Shown: positions 1-9,526 of the stretch, piece by piece
Numbering within the stretch: the first letter of the stretch is position 1
Layout: each line of letters begins with the position of its first letter
NCBI GenBank assembly: GCA_963662465.1
Contig: OY759599.1
Location: forward strand, 4,224,001-4,288,000
Reading direction: 5' to 3'
DNA from: Desulfatiglandales bacterium
Lineage (GTDB): Bacteria > Desulfobacterota > DSM-4660 > Desulfatiglandales > Desulfatiglandaceae
DNA length: 64,000 nt
The notes under the pieces: generated by a model
What the model was told of the DNA's origin: nothing
The model's input: only the letters and a program-made list of their open reading frames with translations
Databases searched by the model: none
Position numbers and translations under genes: made by a program

Positions 1-486
1 TTTGCCGGCGGATTCGCCCTTGAAGATCATATTTTCAAGGCACTGGCGCTGGGCGCTCCCTATACCAAACTGGTCTGCATGGGAAGGGGCATCATGATTC
101 CCGGATTCGTGGGCGCCAACATTCAGGGCGCTCTCGAACCTGAAAAGCGGGCTGCCGTAAACGGACATTGGTCTGAATTGCCCAAATCCGTCCTGCAAGT
201 GGGCAGCACCGCCAAGGAAATCTTTGCCGGATACTTTGACGTACAGAAGAAGGTGGGCAAAGATGAAATGAAAAATATTCCCTACGGTTCCATTGCCTTC
301 TGTACCCTGGCGGACAAACTCGCCTGTGGGCTTCAGCAATTAATGGCCGGGGCCAGAAAATTTTCCCTTGATAAAATTGCCCGCGGCGACCTCATGAGCG
401 GAAACCGGGAAACCGCAAAAGAAACCGGGATACCCCATGTGACGGATGTGAACGACGAAAGCGCCCGCAAAATCCTCAACAGTTAA
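1..486 (+). CDS. FMN-binding glutamate synthase family protein, 3' part (5' end outside window)
   Basis: Frame open from base 1: FAGGFALEDHIFKALALGAPYTKLVCMGRG...GLQQLMAGARKF, typical C-terminus of the stand-alone GltB FMN-domain family. Confidence 0.8.
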   Translation, partial: FAGGFALEDHIFKALALGAPYTKLVCMGRGIMIPGFVGANIQGALEPEKRAAVNGHWSELPKSVLQVGSTAKEIFAGYFDVQKKVGKDEMKNIPYGSIAFCTLADKLACGLQQLMAGARKFSLDKIARGDLMSGNRETAKETGIPHVTDVNDESARKILNS

Positions 487-526
487 TTCCCCAGCATCTG
501 TTGCGCGTCAGCGCAACGGCATCATC

Positions 527-570
527 AAAAGGGCTTCAAACACTTTAACGGTCGTTTGAAGCCCTTTCTT
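527..570. terminator. Bidirectional intrinsic terminator
   Basis: AAAGGGCTTCAAAC...GTTTGAAGCCCTTT inverted repeat with A/T tails between convergent genes. Confidence 0.8.
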
Positions 571-573
571 TAA

Positions 574-1548
574 TCAGGCTTTCCCTTGCATGACGGTTTG
601 AAGGTAAGTGGTAAGGTTGACATTGCTGTTGGCAAGTTTAAGCTTTTGACGAATGTGTTCCCGATGCCGTTTAATGGTGGCGGCGGATACACCCCGCATC
701 CGGGCAATTTCCTTGGTCTGTAGTCCATTTCGAATCAGGTTGCAGATGTTTACTTCCGTCGGCGTCAGAGACAAACAGTTTTCCGACAGATGGTTGACAA
801 ACGGGGATACGATTTCCTCCAGGTTGGTCTTGAGCACCTCCACATACTTCCACTTGCTTTGGGGCAAATCCATGGCAAGGGCATGCAACAGGGGCATGAT
901 AATCTTGTCGATATTGGTCTTCACATCCCGGTAAATCCCCTGCTTTTCCTCCTCGATTCTTGCCAGAACAGTGCGAAGGGCGGAATTAGCCTCTTTCAAT
1001 GCCTTTCGTTCCAGAATCAACTGCTGGTTGGTTTCCTGCAATTCAATTTCAGCTGAAATCCGCATGGCCGTGCTGCCGATACGTTCAGCCAAAGCATTCA
1101 GCAACGCTCTCTCTTCATGAAGAAAAGGACCTTCATCCGCTGGCGGACACGCTTCCTGATAGAAAATGGCCACCTCGCCCACCGGTTCATTGTACACGAA
1201 AATCTGAGCCGACTGGCGCCATCGGGTCACCTTGAATCCGCTGCCCTTGTAGGTTTTTCCTTTAAAAACAATCCTGGCGCAGGCAATTTCCGGATACTGC
1301 CATGAATAAGGGAGAAAATGCACCAGTTCCCCCAACAGATCTTCTATGGAATCCGGATGAAGTTCCGCCAGTTGTGCAATGCCGTACAGGCAGTTCAACT
1401 CCTTGATCCGTTCACGAAGGGCTCTCATGAGTTTTGACGGATCGGTTTCGTTGTTGAAGGGGATGCGCCATAAACGGAAGAGATCTCGGTTATCGTTCCG
1501 GATATCCTTGACGGCAGGCGGTGGTAAAAAAGAGGTTGATCGGGTCAT
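574..1548 (-). CDS. LuxR-family transcriptional regulator with N-terminal sensory (GAF-like) region
   Basis: C-terminal LTPTEVNICNLIRNGLQTKEIARMRGVSAATIKRHREHIRQKL LuxR HTH; N-terminal LRERIKELNCLY...GPFLHEERALL sensory module. Confidence 0.85.
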   Translation of the reverse strand: MTRSTSFLPPPAVKDIRNDNRDLFRLWRIPFNNETDPSKLMRALRERIKELNCLYGIAQLAELHPDSIEDLLGELVHFLPYSWQYPEIACARIVFKGKTYKGSGFKVTRWRQSAQIFVYNEPVGEVAIFYQEACPPADEGPFLHEERALLNALAERIGSTAMRISAEIELQETNQQLILERKALKEANSALRTVLARIEEEKQGIYRDVKTNIDKIIMPLLHALAMDLPQSKWKYVEVLKTNLEEIVSPFVNHLSENCLSLTPTEVNICNLIRNGLQTKEIARMRGVSAATIKRHREHIRQKLKLANSNVNLTTYLQTVMQGKA

Positions 1549-1572
1549 CGGTTTTCCCCTGATGTAGTCATA

Positions 1573-1642
1573 AATAGGTATTCAATAGGCATTCATTAGG
1601 TCCTGCTAGGACCCTGTTATTATGGGTATTAAGAGGGTATTT
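1573..1642. promoter_or_regulatory. Phased 11-bp direct repeats, candidate operator array
   Basis: AATAGGTATTC, AATAGGCATTC, ATTAGGTCCTG back to back (1573-1605), then TATGGGTATTA, AGAGGGTATTT (1621-1642), between the divergent regulator and redox operon. Confidence 0.5.
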
Positions 1643-1720
1643 TTATTGTCTTTACGCAAAGCATCCTGACCGATACCCTGCGCCCTGTCAACTCAAAAAT
1701 ATCGATCAAGGGAGGTTTAT

Positions 1721-2221
1721 ATGTCGGAATCGAAGCTGACCGCTATCCTGGAGGGGCACAAAAGCCAACCCCATCAGCTCATCGAAGTGCTTCAGGATGT
1801 TCAATCCCAAGAGGGATACATTTCCGAATCGTCCATGCGGGACATATCCAAAGCCCTGGGTGTGCCCCTGACGGAAGTCTATGCCGCGGCGTCATTTTAC
1901 AAGGCCTTTTCATTGAAGCCCCGGGGCAAGAACATACTCACGGTATGCACGGGCACGGCGTGCCATGTGCGAGGCTCAAGAATGGTACTCAACCAGGCCA
2001 CGGGCCAACTGGGCGTCGCCCCCAATGAAATGACGCCGGACGGTCTCTTTACCATCGAACAGGTAAACTGCCTGGGCGCCTGCGCCTTGGGGCCGGTGGT
2101 AACGGAAAACGGTTCATCCTATCATCACATGAATGCCCGAAAAGTGCGAAAGCTCATCCATAAATTAAGCCATTCATCAGCGGAGGCGAATCTGCATGAA
2201 CAAGATCAACACCATCCATGA
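1721..2221 (+). CDS. NuoE/HydC-like [2Fe-2S] subunit
   Basis: VCTGTACHVRG and VNCLGACALGP motifs; GGAGG RBS. Confidence 0.92.
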   Translation: MSESKLTAILEGHKSQPHQLIEVLQDVQSQEGYISESSMRDISKALGVPLTEVYAAASFYKAFSLKPRGKNILTVCTGTACHVRGSRMVLNQATGQLGVAPNEMTPDGLFTIEQVNCLGACALGPVVTENGSSYHHMNARKVRKLIHKLSHSSAEANLHEQDQHHP

Positions 2222-4046
2222 TCTGGAAGTCCTTCGGCAAAAACTGCAAGCCTATCGGGAAAGTTTTCGAAAAACCCTGATTTTATGCGGCGGAACCGGC
2301 TGCCAGGCATCGCGATCCCGGGATCTCATTGACAATATTCAGGCGGAACTGGTGAAACAGGGCTTTGCAGCGGACATCCTGGTGCGCGCCACGGGATGTC
2401 ACGGTTTCTGCGAACAGGGCCCCATACTGGTGGTGGAACCCGAAAACACCTTTTATTGTCACGTATCTCCTGACGATGCCGAGGAAATCGTCCAAAGAAC
2501 GGTTGGCAAGGGCGAGCTGATCGATCGCCTGCTCTATACGGACCCGGTTTCCGGAAAAATAATTGAAAGAGAATCGGATATCCCCTTTTACCGGACCCAG
2601 GATCGACAGTTGCTGTCCCAGAACCGCCAGGTAGATCCCCGCAACATCGAAGACTACATTGCCATCGGCGGCTATTCAGCCATAAGCAACGCATTATCGA
2701 ATATTTCCCCGGAAAATGTGATCGAAGAAATCAAACGATCCGGGTTGCGGGGTCGCGGCGGCGCCGGCTTTCCCACCGGTCGCAAATGGGCGCAATGCAA
2801 TGAGGCCCCCGGCGATGAAAAATACGTTATCTGCAACGCCGATGAAGGAGACCCCGGCGCCTATATGGACCGCAGCGTACTGGAAGGGAATCCGCATCTG
2901 ATCCTCGAAGGCATGATGATCGGGGCCTGGGCCGTGGGCGCCTGGCAGGGCTATGTGTATGTGCGCAATGAATATCCCCTGGCCGTGAAACACATTCGGG
3001 TGGCCATTGAACAGGCCAGAGAAAGGGGAATCTTAGGCGAAAACATTTTCGGAACGTCGTTTACTTTTGACGTTGAAGTGGCCCGGGGGGGCGGCGCTTT
3101 TGTCTGCGGCGAATCAACGGCGCTGATGGCCTCCCTGGAAGGCAAGGTGGGCGAACCACATCCCAAGGACGTCCATTCCGTGGTAGACGGTCTGTGGCAC
3201 AAGCCCACGGTGTTGAACAATGTGGAAACCTGGGCCAATGTACCGTTTATCATGAAAAATGGGGCAAAGAGCTTCTCCTCAAAAGGATCTCAATCCAGCA
3301 AAGGCACCAAAATTCTGGCGCTGACCGGTCACATCAAAAACACGGGGTTGGTGGAAGTCCCCATGGGAACCACCCTGGAAAAGGTGGTGTTCGACATCGG
3401 CGGCGGACCCTCGGGCAAAGAGGTAAAAGCGGTTCAGACCGGAGGACCTTCAGGCGGATGCCTGCCCCTGGACAAGCTTTATCTGCCGCTGGATTTTGAC
3501 GCCCTGGCCGAGGCCGGTTCCATGGTGGGTTCCGGCGGCATCGTGGTCATGGACGAAGACACCTGCATGGTGGATGTGGCCAAATATTTCCTGACCTTTC
3601 TTCAGGATGAGTCCTGCGGCAAATGCGTACCCTGCCGCCTGGGGATCGATCGAATGCTGGAAATCATAACGGATATCACGGAAGGCCGCGGCAAACCGGA
3701 ACAAATAGACCTCCTGGAAGACCTGGCCTGGACCGTCAGCGAAACGTCTCTGTGCGCATTGGGCAAAACAGCGGCCAACCCCGTGCTAACCACATTGCGT
3801 TATTTCCGGGACGAATATGACACCCACATCCACGATAAAAAATGCCCCGCCGGGGTCTGCCAGGCCCTGATCACTTACTGGATCGACCCGGAAGTATGTA
3901 CGGGATGCGGCGTCTGCATTCGGGAATGCCCTCACGGCGCTGTGACAGGCGAAAAAAAACAGCCCCACCAAATTGACCTGGCCCTGTGCGAAAAATGCGG
4001 CATCTGTAAAAGCAGCTGCAAATTTGACGCGATTCAAGTTCGCTAA
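2196..4046 (+). CDS. NuoF/HydB-like FMN/NADH-binding subunit (bifurcating-type architecture)
   Basis: N-terminal CGGTGC/GCHGFC 2Fe-2S domain, SGLRGRGGAGFPTG, CNADEGDPG, SCGKCVPCRLG, C-terminal 2x[4Fe-4S] ferredoxin. Confidence 0.93.
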   Translation: MNKINTIHDLEVLRQKLQAYRESFRKTLILCGGTGCQASRSRDLIDNIQAELVKQGFAADILVRATGCHGFCEQGPILVVEPENTFYCHVSPDDAEEIVQRTVGKGELIDRLLYTDPVSGKIIERESDIPFYRTQDRQLLSQNRQVDPRNIEDYIAIGGYSAISNALSNISPENVIEEIKRSGLRGRGGAGFPTGRKWAQCNEAPGDEKYVICNADEGDPGAYMDRSVLEGNPHLILEGMMIGAWAVGAWQGYVYVRNEYPLAVKHIRVAIEQARERGILGENIFGTSFTFDVEVARGGGAFVCGESTALMASLEGKVGEPHPKDVHSVVDGLWHKPTVLNNVETWANVPFIMKNGAKSFSSKGSQSSKGTKILALTGHIKNTGLVEVPMGTTLEKVVFDIGGGPSGKEVKAVQTGGPSGGCLPLDKLYLPLDFDALAEAGSMVGSGGIVVMDEDTCMVDVAKYFLTFLQDESCGKCVPCRLGIDRMLEIITDITEGRGKPEQIDLLEDLAWTVSETSLCALGKTAANPVLTTLRYFRDEYDTHIHDKKCPAGVCQALITYWIDPEVCTGCGVCIRECPHGAVTGEKKQPHQIDLALCEKCGICKSSCKFDAIQVR

Positions 4047-4058
4047 GAGAGGTGATCC

Positions 4059-4772
4059 ATGACGCAATACGTAAATATCGATATCAATGGGATGTCCATT
4101 GAGGCCCCCAAAGGAATAACCGTTCTGGATGCCGCCCTTGATGCGGGCATCTGCATTCCCCATCTGTGCCGCGTGCCGTATGTGGAGGATATCGGCGCCT
4201 GCCGCCTGTGCATCGTGGAACATGTGCTGAACGGTCGCTCGAAAATCACCACCTCCTGTACCCTTCGCGTAAAAGAAGGCATGGTGATCCGAAGCAACAC
4301 GGAAAAGATCATCAGACTGCGCCGAAACATTGCCGAACTACTGGTTGCGGAGGCCCCCAATTCCCGTGCGGTTCAGGACATTGCCAAGCGGTGCGGCGTC
4401 CGAGAGGTGCGGTATCCATTCCACAACAGCAACTGCATTTTATGCGGGCGCTGCGTTCGGGCCTGCCCGGGAACCTTGGGAATCAAACCCCTTACCTTTG
4501 TGGGACGAGGAAAGGAGCGCCGCGTTGAAGCCCCCTTTAACCTGAAAACCGAACTCTGCAATGAATGCGGCCGATGCATTGATCTTTGTCCCATGACCGT
4601 GGTTCCCTGTGATGGTCCCATGAAGACGGGAGAAGAATACCTTTGCCCCAATTGCGAATCCAAAATGGCATTCATTGAAGAAACGCCGGGACTTTGCGTA
4701 TGGTGTTATTTCGGAGAAGGATTTCAATGCCAGAATTATAATTTGGGAACCCGCGGCAGGGCAAGGGCTTAA
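4059..4772 (+). CDS. NuoG/HydA N-terminal-like Fe-S protein without catalytic domain
   Basis: IPHLC...GACRLC...TSC 2Fe-2S motif, two CxxCxxCxxxCP motifs, extra Cys-rich tail; only 237 aa. Confidence 0.85.
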   Translation: MTQYVNIDINGMSIEAPKGITVLDAALDAGICIPHLCRVPYVEDIGACRLCIVEHVLNGRSKITTSCTLRVKEGMVIRSNTEKIIRLRRNIAELLVAEAPNSRAVQDIAKRCGVREVRYPFHNSNCILCGRCVRACPGTLGIKPLTFVGRGKERRVEAPFNLKTELCNECGRCIDLCPMTVVPCDGPMKTGEEYLCPNCESKMAFIEETPGLCVWCYFGEGFQCQNYNLGTRGRARA

Positions 4773-4822
4773 GGCAACAGCCACAAAAAAGGCGACAAAC
4801 CGCGGTTTCAGACGGTGCAATC

Positions 4823-4864
4823 AAAAGGTCCCCGGATACCATAAAGGTCGTCCGAGGACCTTTT
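4823..4864. terminator. Bidirectional intrinsic terminator
   Basis: AAAAGGTCCCCGGA...TCCGAGGACCTTTT between convergent genes. Confidence 0.75.
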
Positions 4865-4868
4865 GTTC

Positions 4869-6167
4869 TTATTTTATTTTAATCCAGAGGATTTTGGCTA
4901 CGCCCGGCCCAGGATTTTTCCATTGAGACGGCATCTCCGAAGTAAGGTAAATAACATCGCCGGAACGAACCGAATAGGCGCCCTTGCCCACTTTCAGTTG
5001 CAGTTTCCCCGACAGAACATATCCCATCTCTTCGCCCTTATGGACAAAAAAATGTGCCGGCAAAGTCTTTTTGGGTGGAATTTCGATCAGGTAGGGCTCA
5101 GCTTTTCCCTCGAAATCCACAGGCGCCAGCAGCTTGGCGGCAACACTGTCCACCGGGAATTCCGGGAAATGGACATCAACCGCCCCTTCACCGGGGAAGA
5201 CAACCGGACGTCCCGTATCCGCCGCATCCTGAAAAAATGAACTGATTTTCACCGACAGAACTTCCGCCATTTTGAGAAGCGCCGGCAAAGACGGGTAGAT
5301 AAGGTTGCTTTCCACCTGGCTGATGGTACTCGGGGTGACCCCCACCAGTTTGGCCAGTTCCGTCTGGGAAAGACCCCGTTTCGTACGGAGATCCTTGAGG
5401 CGCATGCCCAGATCAATTCGACCGGTAGTATATCTTTGGGTTTCAAAGCTTACGGTCAAATCCTTCACCCAATACCGGTGTGGTTTGTTCTGATGGTCCA
5501 AACGCCGCTTCTCAGCTTTCAGAATGGTCAGAGAAGTTGTCCCCCGCTTAACGGAAAGGTCGATGGCCACCTGGGCAATCTGATTTATTTGCGCCCTGAG
5601 ACGGGGAGAATGGGCTCTTTTTTCCATAATCCAGTAAGCAATGGTATTGAGTTCGTACAATCGCGGGCAGGAGTGGGAATAAAACCGAATGATATGTTCT
5701 TCACCGCCCCACAATTCCTGCATGCCGGTGAGGCTTTCAAAAACAAACCGAACATCCCCCTTAAGAGAACCATGGACGCCATAGAATGAATCGGTCACCT
5801 TGTTGACTTTCCAGGGTTCATTCACACAAATAATCCGGCATGGCCGCTCGGACGCACTTTCGTCATAAAAATTTAAAAACACCTCCGAACCGGCGCCTTT
5901 GCCATAGGTAAAACAATCCAGGATGGTCATGTACGGACTTTCAGCCAAAGGACCCAGTTTTTCCAGAAGGTTTCGGGGAGACCGGTCGAAACTCACGTAA
6001 ATCAAGGGTTTTTCCTGGGAGGTGGACATCTGAATGAAATTTAAACAAAACACGGAAGCCAGGCTTCCGGCGTCATCATGCCAAACCACATTGTCGCCGA
6101 TGAAAAGCCCTCCCAAAAGCCGATCCAGCTGGCTAACCCCCGATGCAACCCTCAATTTACCCGTCAT
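4869..6167 (-). CDS. XRE-family HTH + cupin regulator fused to N-terminal RecA/KaiC-like domain
   Basis: SGVSQLDRLLGGL RecA-like start without Walker A; GLSQTELAKLVGVTPSTISQVE HTH; HKGEEMGYVLSG cupin. Start placed at MTGKLRV (ORF open to 6248). Confidence 0.8.
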   Translation of the reverse strand: MTGKLRVASGVSQLDRLLGGLFIGDNVVWHDDAGSLASVFCLNFIQMSTSQEKPLIYVSFDRSPRNLLEKLGPLAESPYMTILDCFTYGKGAGSEVFLNFYDESASERPCRIICVNEPWKVNKVTDSFYGVHGSLKGDVRFVFESLTGMQELWGGEEHIIRFYSHSCPRLYELNTIAYWIMEKRAHSPRLRAQINQIAQVAIDLSVKRGTTSLTILKAEKRRLDHQNKPHRYWVKDLTVSFETQRYTTGRIDLGMRLKDLRTKRGLSQTELAKLVGVTPSTISQVESNLIYPSLPALLKMAEVLSVKISSFFQDAADTGRPVVFPGEGAVDVHFPEFPVDSVAAKLLAPVDFEGKAEPYLIEIPPKKTLPAHFFVHKGEEMGYVLSGKLQLKVGKGAYSVRSGDVIYLTSEMPSQWKNPGPGVAKILWIKIK

Positions 6168-6349
6168 TGTTCCCTGAGCCTCGTTAGTTCCGCCGCGAAA
6201 AAATCCCATCAAAGAGTTGACACTACGCAAGTTCTTGGCATATGTCAATAATCAGGATTGGAACACGGAAAGCGAGCATTGCCTTTTCCAGCAATGACTG
6301 CTATATCAGGAAGCAAAAAAGAGAAGGAAAAATACGGAGACTTTTTCTC

Positions 6350-7189
6350 ATGCTGAATTTTCAAAAGTTGGCCATTGAGCATTTCGTAAAAGAACTCAGG
6401 AAAGCCTATCATCGAAACTACAGCGATTTAGAACCCCGGTTTGGAAACTTGATTGCCTGGTCGGGCCGACTCGCCCTCGAAAACATCGCCAATTCCGATG
6501 CCCTCTACCATGATCTCTACCACACGGTAATGGTAACGCTGGCCGGCCAGGCCATCCTGGAAGGCAAACACCTCTGTGAAGGGGGCATCACGCCCAGGGA
6601 CTGGCTTCATTCCATGATCGCCCTTCTCTGTCACGATATCGGATATGTAAAGGGCGTATGCAGAAACGACACTGCCGTTCGATTCGCAACCGGCGTAGGA
6701 GATGAAACCGTCGAAATTCCGGAGGGCGGAACGGATGTCGCCCTCACGCCCTATCATGTTGACCGCGGTCAACTCTTTGTTCGCGAACGCTTTGGCGGCA
6801 AACTGATTGACGGTTTGGAGCGGGTGATCGATGCTGAAATCATTGCTTCACATATCGAAATGACGCGATTTCCCGTGCCGGATGATGACCGGCATCGAGA
6901 TACCAAAGACTATGGCGGGCTTGTTCGAGCAGCGGATTTCATCGGCCAACTGGGAGACCCCGATTACCTGAGAAAGACACCCTCTCTATACTATGAGTTT
7001 GCCGAGATCGGGGTCAATGAGCAGCTGGGTTACAAAAAGCCCGGGGATTTGCGAAAAAATTATGCGGGATTCTATTGGCATGTGGTCAGTCCCCTCATCC
7101 AGGACGCTTTGCGATACCTGCGTTTGACGCAAGACGGCAAGCAGTGGATCTCCACCCTTTATGCCCATGTGTTCACATCCGAACACTGA
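6350..7189 (+). CDS. HD-domain metal-dependent phosphohydrolase (Npun_R2479-like)
   Basis: YHDLYHT, LCHDIGY, YHVDRG, RAADFIGQ motifs; start placed after GGAGA RBS. Confidence 0.8.
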   Translation: MLNFQKLAIEHFVKELRKAYHRNYSDLEPRFGNLIAWSGRLALENIANSDALYHDLYHTVMVTLAGQAILEGKHLCEGGITPRDWLHSMIALLCHDIGYVKGVCRNDTAVRFATGVGDETVEIPEGGTDVALTPYHVDRGQLFVRERFGGKLIDGLERVIDAEIIASHIEMTRFPVPDDDRHRDTKDYGGLVRAADFIGQLGDPDYLRKTPSLYYEFAEIGVNEQLGYKKPGDLRKNYAGFYWHVVSPLIQDALRYLRLTQDGKQWISTLYAHVFTSEH

Positions 7190-7201
7190 AGGGTAAAGCC
7201 C

Positions 7202-8131
7202 TTAACCCGCCGCCTTTAAGGGTTTCATATTGACAACGTAAATCCCCAGGCTCACAAGGATTAGTGAAACCACCAACTTCCATGTCAATGGCTCATGAAG
7301 AAAAGCCACACAGGAAATTGTAGCGAATACCGGTGTCAAAAAGGTGAAGGCACTCAGCCTGCTGACGGGATACTCATGCACCAGATAAAACCAGAGAAGA
7401 TAGCTCACAAAAGCCACAACAATCCCTTGAAACACAATCGATAAAACAATCACGCCATCCAGATGGGCAATGGGCGTTTCATTTAAAAAGGCGCTGATCA
7501 TAAAGAGGATCGGAATGGAAAAGAGCGTCTGATAAAAAAGCGTATGATAAAAAGAAACCACCCCCACCAGCCGCCTTTTAATGTAAATGGTGGTCAACGC
7601 CCACAAGGCCGCGGCCGCAAATGCAAGAAGATCGCCCACAAAGCCCATCCAGGACGGCATACCAAGGTGTTTGCTCAACAGAACAATGATGCCGATAAAA
7701 GCCAGAAAGAGGCCGGTCGTCTTATAAACCGTAAGCCGGTCGCCCTCGAGGAAAAAATGCGCCCCCAGGGCGTGGAAAAAAGGCGTTGCGTACAGCAGTA
7801 TCCATGCGGAAGAGGCCGTGGTGTACAGCAATGAAGCATATAGACACGCGAATTCCGTTCCGAAAAGGAGTCCCACCACAAGGCCATCCAGGAGATTCGA
7901 TGGAAAAAGGGGGATTTTTTTCACCTTCATCCAGACCGCCAGTGCCACAACGGCAATCACGGAACGAAGGCCCGCGGAAAACACGGGGGCAATGCCCGCA
8001 TTGCTCACCTTGATGGCCACGGCATTGAAACCCCACAGCATGCACAGGCCCGTCAGGATAGAAATAGCCTTTAGATCAAGGGTTTCCCTTACGGAAGGCA
8101 AATTCACGAGAGTCCTACTCCCACCGCCCAT
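7202..8131 (-). CDS. DMT/EamA family transporter
   Basis: About 10 hydrophobic helices in two EamA-like repeats. Confidence 0.85.
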   Translation of the reverse strand: MGGGSRTLVNLPSVRETLDLKAISILTGLCMLWGFNAVAIKVSNAGIAPVFSAGLRSVIAVVALAVWMKVKKIPLFPSNLLDGLVVGLLFGTEFACLYASLLYTTASSAWILLYATPFFHALGAHFFLEGDRLTVYKTTGLFLAFIGIIVLLSKHLGMPSWMGFVGDLLAFAAAALWALTTIYIKRRLVGVVSFYHTLFYQTLFSIPILFMISAFLNETPIAHLDGVIVLSIVFQGIVVAFVSYLLWFYLVHEYPVSRLSAFTFLTPVFATISCVAFLHEPLTWKLVVSLILVSLGIYVVNMKPLKAAG

Positions 8132-8507
8132 TGCCTCTTCGCCTCAAATCCGTGTAGCCCACCCTCCCCTGTTCATTGATAAACGAATTCAGCAGCCAGC
8201 TCACCAGGCTGATAATGAGACCGCCGAAAACCGCCGACCAGAATCCATGCACCACAAACCCGGAGATGACGCCTGACGCCATCTTAAGCAAAACCGCATT
8301 GATGATGAATGTAAAAAAACCCAGCGTCAGGATATTGATGGGAAGGGTTAAAATCAACAAAATCGGGCGAAAAAAAACATTTAGCACCCCCAAAATGGCG
8401 GCCGCGAAAAAAGCGCTGAAAAAACCGTTAACCTCGATACCGCCAATAAGATAGGAGGCAATAATTATCGCCGCGGTGAGAACCAGCCACCTGACCAGAA
8501 GTCCCAT
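8115..8507 (-). CDS. YvlD/DUF360 membrane protein (4-TMS phage holin superfamily IV)
   Basis: LGVLNVFFRPILLILTLPINILTLGFFTFIINA signature. Confidence 0.85.
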   Translation of the reverse strand: MGLLVRWLVLTAAIIIASYLIGGIEVNGFFSAFFAAAILGVLNVFFRPILLILTLPINILTLGFFTFIINAVLLKMASGVISGFVVHGFWSAVFGGLIISLVSWLLNSFINEQGRVGYTDLRRRGNGRWE

Positions 8508-8702
8508 GTGTCGTTCACTCCTCAAATCTGAGTTTTTTATTTATAAATGCCTTTCCCACCCGAAGCCGATGATGGGCACGATTTTTTTCAAATGGCCTTT
8601 GACATTCGAACCTGATATAATCTTCTAACAGAATACGTTAAGGACCATCAATGAAATAATGATGTCGGACCTGCTTCAAAACAACCTTTCGGAGAACAAA
8701 AC

Positions 8703-9470
8703 ATGGATTCCAGGCTCGAAAAAGGCATGGAGATGATTCAGCGCGCAAAGAAAATTCTGGTATTTACCGGCGCCGGGCTCAGCACCGAATCGGGCATCCC
8801 GGATTTCAGAAGCCCAGGCGGCATCTGGGAAAAATATGACCCCTCGGATTTTTATTTTCAGAAAATCGTCTCCGACATAAGGGCCCGTGAAAAATACTGG
8901 GCCATGAGCACTGAATTTTACGATACCATGAGAGATGCCGAACCCAACCCCGCCCATCTGGCCGTCAAAGCCCTGGAAAACGCCGGCAAGCTGCTGGCCG
9001 TGGTGACCCAGAACATTGATCACCTGCACCACAAAGCCGGAAATCACCCGGACAACATTATCGAACTCCACGGCACGGCCTTCTCGGTTTCCTGCCTGGA
9101 CTGCAAAAGGTCATACGACCGGGACGAAATTGAACGCCGTCTTCAATCCGGCATCAAAGCGCCTTCCTGCGACGGTTGCGGAGGCATCTTGAAGCCGGAC
9201 ACCATCTCCTTTGGCCAGGCCATGCCGGAGGAAAAAATGGCGCAATCCATCGCCCGGGCGGAAGAATGTGATCTCTGCATGGTGCTGGGCTCCTCCCTGG
9301 TCGTGCAGCCCGCTGCTTTCGTGCCGGCCCATGCCGTAAGAAACGGGGCGTCATTGATGATTATCAATCGTGACCCGACGCCCCTTGACGGCGAAGCCGA
9401 TATGGTGATCAACATGTCCGTAGCCAAAGCACTGAAACAAATGATCGGAAATTTTTCGCTTGAAAAATAA
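8703..9470 (+). CDS. cobB: Sir2-family NAD-dependent protein deacylase
   Basis: GAGLSTESGIPDFRS, TQNID, ELHG, CxxC...CxxC, GSSLVVQPA. Confidence 0.88.
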   Translation: MDSRLEKGMEMIQRAKKILVFTGAGLSTESGIPDFRSPGGIWEKYDPSDFYFQKIVSDIRAREKYWAMSTEFYDTMRDAEPNPAHLAVKALENAGKLLAVVTQNIDHLHHKAGNHPDNIIELHGTAFSVSCLDCKRSYDRDEIERRLQSGIKAPSCDGCGGILKPDTISFGQAMPEEKMAQSIARAEECDLCMVLGSSLVVQPAAFVPAHAVRNGASLMIINRDPTPLDGEADMVINMSVAKALKQMIGNFSLEK

Positions 9471-9526
9471 CCCCCTTTAAACAATGATGCTCATAGATAT
9501 TTTAGAAAAAATTTAAGGAGGATTTT

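Noticed and set aside
1721..4772. Selenoprotein read-through in the redox genes, given selC
   Set aside because: The NuoF-like and NuoG-like genes end in TAA. The NuoE-like TGA falls after the complete domain and overlaps the next gene.
8703..9470. Sir2 protein as an anti-phage NADase
   Set aside because: It has the canonical sirtuin Zn-binding motifs and size, and sits in housekeeping context.
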